The notes beneath the pieces were generated by a model, which was given only the letters and a program-made list of their open reading frames with translations, was not told the DNA's origin and did not search any database. A DNA stretch of 64,000 bases from an uncultured Verrucomicrobiae bacterium (lineage in GTDB: Bacteria > Verrucomicrobiota > Verrucomicrobiia > Limisphaerales > Palsa-1400): positions 4,896,001 through 4,960,000 of the forward strand of contig OY969763.1 in assembly GCA_963702845.1 (NCBI GenBank), given 5' to 3'. Shown here one piece after another: positions 56,076 through 64,000 of the stretch; the first letter of the stretch is position 1, and the number at the start of each line of letters is the position of its first letter. The position numbers and the translations under genes are program-made.

Positions 56076-58352
56076 TCAACAGCACCGGTTAATACCATCA
56101 AACCGTTTCTCCGTCGCATGCACATATGCGTGATGTGGGCACTGCTTCTGCGCGCGTTCGACCGCCGCTTCACCCGACAACTCCTTCAGCAGTGCAAAGG
56201 CGAGTGCGATCATGCCGAACACGTGCAAGGGCCGCGATTCCACGATGGCGTAATCCGGCAACCAAACCGGCGCGCTTTCCTTGAGTCCGGCGCATTTCTT
56301 CTGCGCCAAAAGCAGGAGCCACTCGCGCAGGCTGAAAAACACAATCAACACGACCATGATGAGGAACGCTGCGGTGACGACCTCGTTAAGGATCCAATTG
56401 AAATGCAACGAGCGGTTATCGTGCAAAGCGCGCGTCGCGTGCTCAATCGCATTCGCGTCGGCGGATCTTGTGGCAAGGTCCAGCGCAGTTTGTAACTCCG
56501 GCAACTTTGTGTCGGTCAATCGCGCAGCGGCCTGGAATCCAATGGTTGGATCAGGATGAAACATTTTCTGCACGCCGGCGGTAAGCGTCACCGCGAGCAG
56601 CCACACGAGCGGAAGAAGCGTGACCAGAGCGATGATAGGTCGGCCCTTTTTGTTGGGCTGAAGTTGCATTTTTAGAAGGACCGTCGTCGCCAAACAAAGT
56701 GCAATCGCGGCGAGCAATTGGTTGGCGATACCGAACAGTGGCCAGAGCGAGTTAATCCCTCCTAGCGGGTCTTTAACGCCTTGGATGAGAAACTTGCCCC
56801 AGGCCGCCACCACTAGTGCGCTCGCGAAACACGCCGCGCTCAATCGTTTCGTTTCGCCAAGGGGTTTCCAAACGTGCCCAAGCAAATCCTGCAAAAGATA
56901 CCGACCCACGCGCGTGCCGGCATCGAGCGTCGTCAAAATAAACAAAGCCTCGAACATGATCGCGAAGTGATACCAGAGATCGAGCCAACGTCCGTTCACC
57001 ACCTTTGAAAAAATGTGCGCCATGCCGACGGCCAACGTCGCAGCTCCGCCGGTTCGGCCGAACAACGTGTTCTCGCCCAGCGTATGCGCGAGTTGCTGCA
57101 TCTGCGGTTCAGTAACAGGGAAGCCGAGTGCCGTCACTTTAGCGACCGTTGCAGCCGCTTCACCTTTGACGTTGATGCTGAAATAAACGCCGGGGTCGAG
57201 CGTGCATGCGGCAATCAATGCCATAATCGCAACCAGCGATTCCAAACACATCGCGCCATATCCAATCGGTCGCGAGTAACTTTCGCGCGTCATGATCTTC
57301 GGCGTTGTGCCGCTGGAAATCAGCGTGTGAAAACCGGAAATCGCACCGCACGCAATGGTGATGAAACAAAATGGAAATAATTTCCCAGCCACGACCGGTC
57401 CACCGCCGCTAACAAACCGTGTGACCGCATGCATCTTCAGTTCAGGCAGAACCAGAAAAATTCCGCACGCCAGTGCAGCAATCGTCCCGAGCTTCATGAA
57501 CGTGCTGAGATAATCACGTGGAGCGAGCAGCAGCCAAACCGGCAGAATGCTCGCAGCCAAGCCATAAATAATAATTGAGTAAGCCAACGTCAGTTGGTCG
57601 ATCTTCAGCGCCTTCGCGAGAGTCGGGTCCGTGTGAAAGAATTTGCCGCCCCACACCGCAAGCAACAGAAGAACGGCACCGATGGCCGACGCTTCCATGA
57701 CTTTGCCGACACGCCAGAATCGAAGATAAGTTCCCATCAGCAACGCGATCGGGATCGTTGCGCCAACAGTGAAGATTCCCCATGGACTGTCTGCCAGAGC
57801 TTTCACCACGACCAACGCCAACACCGCCAGAAGAATAATCATGATGGCAATGATGGCGAGCATCGCAACCGCACCCGCCGCATTGTTCATCTCTTCCTTA
57901 ACCATTTGCCCGAGCGACTTGCCGTCGCGCCGTAGCGAGCAGAACAAAATGACCATGTCCTGCACCGCGCCGCCCAGGACTACACCAATCAAAATCCACA
58001 AGGTCCCCGGCAAATAGCCAAATTGTGCCGCGAGAACGGGTCCAACCAAAGGACCGGGCCCCGAAATCGCTGCAAAATGGTGGCCGAAAACGATCCATCT
58101 GTTCGTTTTAACAAAGTCTTTCCCATCGTCGTGAACCTCGCAGGGTGTGGCGCGTCGGTCATTCAGCATCAGCACCTTTGCCGCAATCCACTTGGAATAG
58201 AACCGATAGCCACTCGCATAGCTGCAAAGCGCGGCGACCAATATATATATGGAGTTGATGTGCTCGCCCCGCTTGATGGCCAGCGTCAGATAAGCCCACG
58301 CGCCAAGCAAAGCGACAGCAATCCAGGCGACTTGTGCGAGCAGCTTTTTCAT
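56076..58352 (-). CDS. cstA: Carbon starvation protein A family transporter (CstA/BtsT)
   Basis: FGHHFAAISGPGPLVGP, PRDYLS, TIACGAISGFH, GRTGG, LTTLDAGTR and LWPLFGIANQLL. Confidence 0.95.
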   Translation of the reverse strand: MKKLLAQVAWIAVALLGAWAYLTLAIKRGEHINSIYILVAALCSYASGYRFYSKWIAAKVLMLNDRRATPCEVHDDGKDFVKTNRWIVFGHHFAAISGPGPLVGPVLAAQFGYLPGTLWILIGVVLGGAVQDMVILFCSLRRDGKSLGQMVKEEMNNAAGAVAMLAIIAIMIILLAVLALVVVKALADSPWGIFTVGATIPIALLMGTYLRFWRVGKVMEASAIGAVLLLLAVWGGKFFHTDPTLAKALKIDQLTLAYSIIIYGLAASILPVWLLLAPRDYLSTFMKLGTIAALACGIFLVLPELKMHAVTRFVSGGGPVVAGKLFPFCFITIACGAISGFHTLISSGTTPKIMTRESYSRPIGYGAMCLESLVAIMALIAACTLDPGVYFSINVKGEAAATVAKVTALGFPVTEPQMQQLAHTLGENTLFGRTGGAATLAVGMAHIFSKVVNGRWLDLWYHFAIMFEALFILTTLDAGTRVGRYLLQDLLGHVWKPLGETKRLSAACFASALVVAAWGKFLIQGVKDPLGGINSLWPLFGIANQLLAAIALCLATTVLLKMQLQPNKKGRPIIALVTLLPLVWLLAVTLTAGVQKMFHPDPTIGFQAAARLTDTKLPELQTALDLATRSADANAIEHATRALHDNRSLHFNWILNEVVTAAFLIMVVLIVFFSLREWLLLLAQKKCAGLKESAPVWLPDYAIVESRPLHVFGMIALAFALLKELSGEAAVERAQKQCPHHAYVHATEKRFDGINRCC

Positions 58353-58619
58353 TGGCGGCTCAGAATAGGGCGCAAAACGGACACTTCCAAGTCTGCTGTA
58401 TCGACGTTTTTTTCACACCGACTTTGCCAGCTAATTCCCTACAGCATTAGAACCCTACAATTCAGCAACTTACGAATGACTAAAAGTCACCCAATTTTAG
58501 TTGATTTTGAATGCCGTCTGTCAAATCACCTTTGACATCGTTCACCGGATGGGCCACTTTCCCGCAACCCTGAGAAAAGCTCACGTGTTATATTAGGTGA
58601 GCTGGAGGCACAAAAAACG

Positions 58620-61457
58620 ATGGGCAAAACACTGATCATAGCCGAAAAACCGTCGGTCGCTAACGACATTTCCAAAGCGCTGGGCGGTTTTAAGAAGGTA
58701 GAGGACCACTACGAAAGCGACCAATACGTCCTTTCGTCGGCTGTTGGTCATTTGCTGGAACTGATTCCGCCCGAGGGTGCTGAGGTCAAGCGTGGCAAAT
58801 GGACGTTCGCCCACCTGCCGGTTATTCCGGATCATTTCGATCTCCGTCCGATTGAGCGGTCGGAACCCCGCCTCAAGCAGCTTGTAAAGTTACTCAAGCG
58901 CAAGGATGTCGATGGCCTCATCAATGCATGCGACGCCGGGCGCGAAGGGGAACTGATTTTCCGTTACATCATCCAGCACGCCAAAGCCAAGCTACCGATT
59001 CAGCGTCTGTGGTTGCAGTCGATGACCCCGGGTTCGATTCGCGATGGGTTCGCCCACTTGCGCGAAGACCGCCAGATGTTGCCCTTGGCTGATGCGGCAG
59101 TTTGCCGTTCCGAATCCGACTGGCTGGTCGGCATCAACGGCACGCGGGCGATGACCGCCTTCAACTCCAAGACCGGTGGCTTCCACCTGACCACCGTTGG
59201 TCGCGTGCAAACCCCGACGCTGGCCATCGTCGTCGAGCGTGAGGAGAAAATTAAGAAGTTCGTCTCGCGCGATTATTTTGAAATCCACGGGACGTTCTTA
59301 GCACAAGCCGGAGAATACGCCGGTCGCTGGATCGACGAGAAATTTACTCGCGGCGACAAAAAAGATGGTGACCCGGATCTCCGCGCCGAACGTCTCTGGG
59401 ACAAAGCCGCTGCCGAAGCCATCGTGCAGAAGTGCACTGGCAAACCCGGCATAGCGACAGAAGAGAGCAAGCCCAGCACACAGCTCTCGCCGTTGCTCTA
59501 TGACCTGACCAGCTTGCAACGCGATGCGAATGCGCGCTTTGGTTTTTCCGCGAAGAACACGTTGGGCCTGGCGCAGGCGCTTTATGAAAAGCACAAGGTT
59601 CTCACCTATCCGAGAACTGATTCCAAAGCTCTGCCGGAAGATTATCTAAGCACCGTCAAAGAAACGCTGGAGATGCTGACAGGACTTCGACATTCGGGCG
59701 AAGGCCGGGATACCGCGTTCATGCGCCAGAATCCTTACAGCCCATTTGCCAAACAGATTCTGGACCAGAACTGGGTCAAGCCGAACAAGCGCATTTTCAA
59801 CAACGCCAAAATTTCGGACCACTTCGCTATCGTCCCGACTTCGCTGTCGCCGAAAAACCTCAGCGAACCCGAGCAGAAGTTGTACGACATGGTGACGAAA
59901 CGTTTCCTGGCGGTGTTCTTCCCTGCTGCGGAATTTCAAATTACTACCCGCATCACACGCGTCGCTGAGGAAGCGTTCAAGAGCGAAGGTAAAGTAATGA
60001 TTAGTGCAGGTTGGATGGCCATTTACGGTCGTGATGCCGCGGCCACCGATGACCAATCGCCACGCCTGGTCGCGATCCAACCGAACGAGCAGGTGCAAAC
60101 CACGAAGGTGGAAATGCAAGGTCACCACACCAAACCGCCGGCCCGATTTTCCGAAGCGACATTACTCTCGGCCATGGAAGGCGCAGGCAAGCTGATCGAC
60201 GATGAAGAATTGCGCGAAGCCATGAGCGAGAAAGGCCTCGGCACACCAGCCACGCGCGCGGCTGTCATTGAAGGCCTCATCAACGAAAAGTATTTAATTC
60301 GTAATCAACGCGAACTTCAGCCCACTGCAAAGGCGTTCTCGTTAATTACTCTTTTGCGCGGCTTACAGATTCCTGAACTGTCATCGCCGGAACTGACTGG
60401 CGAATGGGAATTCAAGCTCAAGCAGATGGAACACGGCAAACTACAACGGCCGGAGTTCATGCATCAAATCGTCGAGATGACGAAAGAGATCGTCAAAAAG
60501 ACCAAGTTGCACGATAGCGATACCGTCCCTGGCGATTTCGGCGAATTAAAAACGTCGTGCCCGAAATGCGGTGGCGTCATCAAAGAAAACTACAAAAAAT
60601 TTCAGTGCCAGAAATGCGATTATTCGCTCTGGAAAATTGTCGCCGGACGACAACTCGAAATTCCTGAAATGGAGGAGTTGATCAGCAAAGGCTCCGTTGG
60701 GCCTCTGCAAGGTTTCCGCAGCAAAATGGGTCGGCCATTTGCGGCAATCATTAAAATGGCGCCACCCGAGTTCAAACCGGAATTCGATTTCGGCCAACAG
60801 AACGGCGAGGGCGAAGGCGGCGCACCGGTTGATTTCACAGGCCAAACTCCTGTCGGCAAATGTCCCGCCTGCGGTTCGAATGTCTACGAGCACGGGATGA
60901 ATTACATTTGCGAAAAAGCCGCTCGCCGCGACGGTTGCATGTTCCGCACGGGCAAAATCATTTTGCAACGCCCGATGGAACGCGAGCAGGTTGAGAAGTT
61001 GCTCACGACCGGAAAAACCGATCTGCTCGACAAGTTCATTTCGAAGAAGGGCCGTCCGTTCAAAGCCTACCTCGTCGTCAAAGATGGGAAGACAGCCTTT
61101 GAATTCGAACCACGGGGCGAGAAGAAATCGAAAGCCGGCAAGCCCAAGGAGCCCGAGCCGAAGATCGATTTCACGGGCAAAGAAGTTGTCGGCACTTGCC
61201 CTGCCTGCGGCGGAAAAGTTTTCGAACTGGACGACAAATATGTTTGCGAGAAGGCGCAGGCCGAAAAGAAGCCGTGCAAATTCGCGGTGAAGAAGGTGAT
61301 CTGCGAGTTTCCGATCGATAGGGAGCAGTTGCAAAAACTGATCTCCGACGGTCGAACCGATTCAATCGACAAATTTATCTCGAAAGCCGGCAAGCCCTTT
61401 ACCGCTTCCCTCGTGTTGGAAAACAACAAAAAGGTGAAGTTCGAGTTTTCATCCTGA
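58620..61457 (+). CDS. topB: DNA topoisomerase III with C-terminal repeats
   Basis: IAEKPS, NACDAGREGELIF, GRVQTPTL, LTYPRTD and GLGTPATRA; three F.SK.G.PF.A.L...FEF repeats with Cys ribbons. Confidence 0.93.
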   Translation: MGKTLIIAEKPSVANDISKALGGFKKVEDHYESDQYVLSSAVGHLLELIPPEGAEVKRGKWTFAHLPVIPDHFDLRPIERSEPRLKQLVKLLKRKDVDGLINACDAGREGELIFRYIIQHAKAKLPIQRLWLQSMTPGSIRDGFAHLREDRQMLPLADAAVCRSESDWLVGINGTRAMTAFNSKTGGFHLTTVGRVQTPTLAIVVEREEKIKKFVSRDYFEIHGTFLAQAGEYAGRWIDEKFTRGDKKDGDPDLRAERLWDKAAAEAIVQKCTGKPGIATEESKPSTQLSPLLYDLTSLQRDANARFGFSAKNTLGLAQALYEKHKVLTYPRTDSKALPEDYLSTVKETLEMLTGLRHSGEGRDTAFMRQNPYSPFAKQILDQNWVKPNKRIFNNAKISDHFAIVPTSLSPKNLSEPEQKLYDMVTKRFLAVFFPAAEFQITTRITRVAEEAFKSEGKVMISAGWMAIYGRDAAATDDQSPRLVAIQPNEQVQTTKVEMQGHHTKPPARFSEATLLSAMEGAGKLIDDEELREAMSEKGLGTPATRAAVIEGLINEKYLIRNQRELQPTAKAFSLITLLRGLQIPELSSPELTGEWEFKLKQMEHGKLQRPEFMHQIVEMTKEIVKKTKLHDSDTVPGDFGELKTSCPKCGGVIKENYKKFQCQKCDYSLWKIVAGRQLEIPEMEELISKGSVGPLQGFRSKMGRPFAAIIKMAPPEFKPEFDFGQQNGEGEGGAPVDFTGQTPVGKCPACGSNVYEHGMNYICEKAARRDGCMFRTGKIILQRPMEREQVEKLLTTGKTDLLDKFISKKGRPFKAYLVVKDGKTAFEFEPRGEKKSKAGKPKEPEPKIDFTGKEVVGTCPACGGKVFELDDKYVCEKAQAEKKPCKFAVKKVICEFPIDREQLQKLISDGRTDSIDKFISKAGKPFTASLVLENNKKVKFEFSS

Positions 61458-61472
61458 TCCGCGGCCGTTCGT

Positions 61473-62687
61473 ATGAGCCGCTCCGTTTACTTAGACCACC
61501 AGTCGACCACGCCTGTCCTGCCGGAAGTGGTTGAAACGATGCGGCCATTTTTTACGGAGTCGTTCGGAACACCGTCTTCGCTACACCAACACGGCTTGCG
61601 GGCGCGGGATGCGTTGGTGAATGCGCGCGAGCAAGTCGCCAACTTCATTAACGCGGAATCGCCGGATGACATTATCTTCACCTCCGATGGAACGGAGTCG
61701 GCGAACCTCGCGATCAAAGGTGTTGCGCAGGCGAATCATCGACGCGGGAATCATTTTATTGTCAGTGCGATCGAACATCCATCGGTGTTGAATTCGATAG
61801 AAAGCTTGGAGAAGCAAGGGTTCGTTTGCACAAAGGTCCCGGTGAATCCCGAAGGCATGGTGAATCCGGAGGACGTCCGTCGCGCGATCACTGACAAAAC
61901 CATTCTCATCGCGGTTCATCACGTGAATCACGACATCGGCACAATTGAGCCGATTAAACAAATCAGCGCGGTTGCTATCGAAAAAGGTATTCCGCTTTAT
62001 GTGGACGCAGAGGCGAGCGCGGGGTGGTTGCCGATCGATGTGCGCGAGCTTGGTGCGGGACTGCTCTCGTTTTCGCCACATAAATTTTATGGACCCAAAG
62101 GCGTGGGCGTTCTGTATCGGCACCGCACCACCCGACTCGCTCCGACGATTCACGGTGGCGTTCAGGAGAATGGACGGCGCGCTGGCGTTGAAAATGTTCC
62201 TGCAATTGCCGGCGCTGGATTAGCGTGTGAAATTGCCGGGCGTGAATTGCAGAGTCGAATGGCGCACACCGCCATCTTGCAAAAACATTTGTGGGAAGGG
62301 CTCAGACGCGAAATTCCGCATCTCAAATTGAACGGGCCAGAGCAAGGGCCGAACCGGATTTCGACGAACCTGAACGTTTCTCCGGAGTTTGTGGAGGGAG
62401 AAGGCGTGTTGCTGCTTTGCGATATGAATGGGGTAGCAATTGCCAGCGGCACGGCGTGCGTGAGCAAATCTCTCAAGATTTCGCACGTGCTCGCGGCGAT
62501 CGGTCTGGATACCGCTCTCGGGCAAGCTGCGGTCATTCTCTCGCTCGGAAAAGACAATACGAACGAGGACATCGACTACGCGGTAGCAACAATCGCCAAG
62601 GTTGTCAAAAAGTTGCGCGGCATGTCGGCGACGTGGGATGAATTCCAAAAAGGAAAGATTCCTTCAGCTCTTGCAACAGCCCGTTGA
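61473..62687 (+). CDS. Cysteine desulfurase (IscS/NifS group I)
   Basis: YLDHQSTTP, EHPSV, SPHKFYGPKGVG, GG.QE.GRRAG.EN and SGTAC. Confidence 0.9.
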   Translation: MSRSVYLDHQSTTPVLPEVVETMRPFFTESFGTPSSLHQHGLRARDALVNAREQVANFINAESPDDIIFTSDGTESANLAIKGVAQANHRRGNHFIVSAIEHPSVLNSIESLEKQGFVCTKVPVNPEGMVNPEDVRRAITDKTILIAVHHVNHDIGTIEPIKQISAVAIEKGIPLYVDAEASAGWLPIDVRELGAGLLSFSPHKFYGPKGVGVLYRHRTTRLAPTIHGGVQENGRRAGVENVPAIAGAGLACEIAGRELQSRMAHTAILQKHLWEGLRREIPHLKLNGPEQGPNRISTNLNVSPEFVEGEGVLLLCDMNGVAIASGTACVSKSLKISHVLAAIGLDTALGQAAVILSLGKDNTNEDIDYAVATIAKVVKKLRGMSATWDEFQKGKIPSALATAR

Positions 62688-62738
62688 GAGAGAATTTGAC
62701 TCGCTTTTTAGGGCAATTGCAGGCATCAAGAAATCCAC

Positions 62739-63002
62739 ATGGTTCGCGGTGCCCCGAAACAATCGAATACTTCCCTGATGTATTTCTTTGCCGCGCTGGG
62801 GATGTTGCTTTTGGTGTCCACGATGGTGCCATCCTGCCATTCGCGCCATGGCCAATCGTATCCGTGGCATCGGCGACCAGATACCAAAGCTCGCGCCCAC
62901 TTTCCAGCCCCAACGCCACCGACGTCACCAGCCAAGTCGTCGACGTCCCCCACTCCACCAGCTAAACCAACAACATCGCCAACGCCGGCCCCGCATCATT
63001 GA
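62739..63002 (+). CDS. Small hypothetical protein (TM + Pro/Thr-rich tail)
   Basis: One hydrophobic segment and a low-complexity tail; fills the gap between convergent genes. Confidence 0.4.
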   Translation: MVRGAPKQSNTSLMYFFAALGMLLLVSTMVPSCHSRHGQSYPWHRRPDTKARAHFPAPTPPTSPAKSSTSPTPPAKPTTSPTPAPHH

Positions 63003-63028
63003 TACAGTTGCCGTCGGCGGCTGCGAAT

Positions 63029-63973
63029 CTACTGCTTGGCCCATTCGGCAAAATGTTCGGCAACCTTGGCCGACTTTTCGTCGCCTTCGTGTAAGTAGAA
63101 GCGGTAACGGAACGTGAGACTCTTTCCGGCTTGAATCGTCAGACCGCCTTCGGGCGCGTTTTTGCCTTCGTAACCCCGTCGACCGAACGGATTAGCTGCA
63201 AAGAGGCCGTAGTCGCGCGCGTGCCACCAGCAAGGGTGGTTCGGGTTCTTCGGATAATCGAAAATAGCGATGCCAACGGTTTTGCCGTTCACAGGGCCGT
63301 AATAATCGGTCCACTCCGCGCGTTTACCCCAGGCTGCGCCATCGCGTGCGCCGGTGCTTTGGACAATATGACCATCGCCAGGTTTTTTGCCGTGGGAGAG
63401 GCGCATTGATTCGGCGACGCGCGTGGCCATGGCGCCCTCTTTGGTATCGCCAAATTTCACAGGTTTATCTTTTGGCGCGATCAGCGTGATCTCGAAATCG
63501 AAAATCCGTTCGTTGTCCGGCCGGTTGTAAATGCGAAGCGTTCGTTCGTCGGTGCAGACAAGTGTGCCGTCATTGGCCATCCATTTGTTGCGGGATTTGA
63601 TAACGCCGAAGTCGTCGCCGGATTTCACTTCGAGGAATTTGTCGTGGACGATCTTATGCCAGACTTTTTCTTCTGCCCAAAAATCCAAGCCGTTGACATC
63701 ACCGTACGCATACCAGAGCGAGCGATGGTGCGGGTGATCATGTTCTTCACCGGGCGGGCTTTTCATCGGCCAGTTGCGCGTCATCGGCAGTTCTGCGGGT
63801 CCCAGCAGTGGATAACAATACGGTCGCGGGACATCTTTGAAAAAGTATTCCGTGAACGGCTTTCCGTTAATGTCGACACGGATGGTTTTATCGGTTTGAG
63901 TCAGTTTAACGGCTTGGCCGAAACAAGCCGTTGAAACGAAGGCTGTTAGCAAGAGTAGTGCAGTTATTTTCAT
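63029..63973 (-). CDS. Secreted DUF6807 / 'PmoA-family' beta-sandwich protein
   Basis: Signal peptide; PY.YPL.GP, DHPHHRSLW, FGDTKEG and WHARDYGLFAANPF. Confidence 0.8.
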   Translation of the reverse strand: MKITALLLLTAFVSTACFGQAVKLTQTDKTIRVDINGKPFTEYFFKDVPRPYCYPLLGPAELPMTRNWPMKSPPGEEHDHPHHRSLWYAYGDVNGLDFWAEEKVWHKIVHDKFLEVKSGDDFGVIKSRNKWMANDGTLVCTDERTLRIYNRPDNERIFDFEITLIAPKDKPVKFGDTKEGAMATRVAESMRLSHGKKPGDGHIVQSTGARDGAAWGKRAEWTDYYGPVNGKTVGIAIFDYPKNPNHPCWWHARDYGLFAANPFGRRGYEGKNAPEGGLTIQAGKSLTFRYRFYLHEGDEKSAKVAEHFAEWAKQ

Positions 63974-64000
63974 TCGGAGCGCGATGGCAGGGTAAGGCTT

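Noticed and set aside
58415..58435. sigma54 promoter upstream of cstA (CTGGCAAAGTCGGTGT)
   Set aside because: Has GT, not GC, at the -12 position.
63029..63973. 'PmoA family' as particulate methane monooxygenase
   Set aside because: Soluble secreted protein with no TM helices and no pmoC/pmoB neighbours; the family name is misleading.

Overview
GC-rich bacterial chromosomal segment, most likely from Verrucomicrobiota (subdivision 3 / Pedosphaera-like). The lineage is inferred from the VPDSG-CTERM proteins, an H-X9-DG prepilin-like protein and the Ig-repeat surface proteins. Housekeeping genes: moaC, mog/moaB-like, bioF-like, rpmI-rplT-pheS, tal, HU/IHF, nadD, cstA, topB and a cysteine desulfurase. 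Accessory content: (1) two sigma54-driven VPDSG-CTERM genes with a shared promoter/enhancer layout; (2) a cobalamin-riboswitch operon encoding a secreted putative B12-binding protein and a Cys-rich(CWC)-prepilin fusion, with no btuB/btuFCD in the window; (3) an integrase-less variable region (~20.9-33.5 kb) after pheS, containing a diverged, almost purely synonymous copy of the pheS 3' end, three direct 33-bp junction repeats, an ECF sigma operon, a PAS kinase and a PIN-like gene; (4) a non-coding element found at two loci, made of GACGG repeats and 10-bp-period arrays; (5) a ~2000-aa protein with 15 Ig domains next to a two-component system; (6) a vWA / ABC binding protein / permease-NHL fusion / vWA operon with no ATPase. 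At least six genes carry frameshifts, most simply explained by long-read indel errors. No rRNA, tRNA, CRISPR array or transposase was recognised. All family calls come from motif recognition by eye, not database searches.
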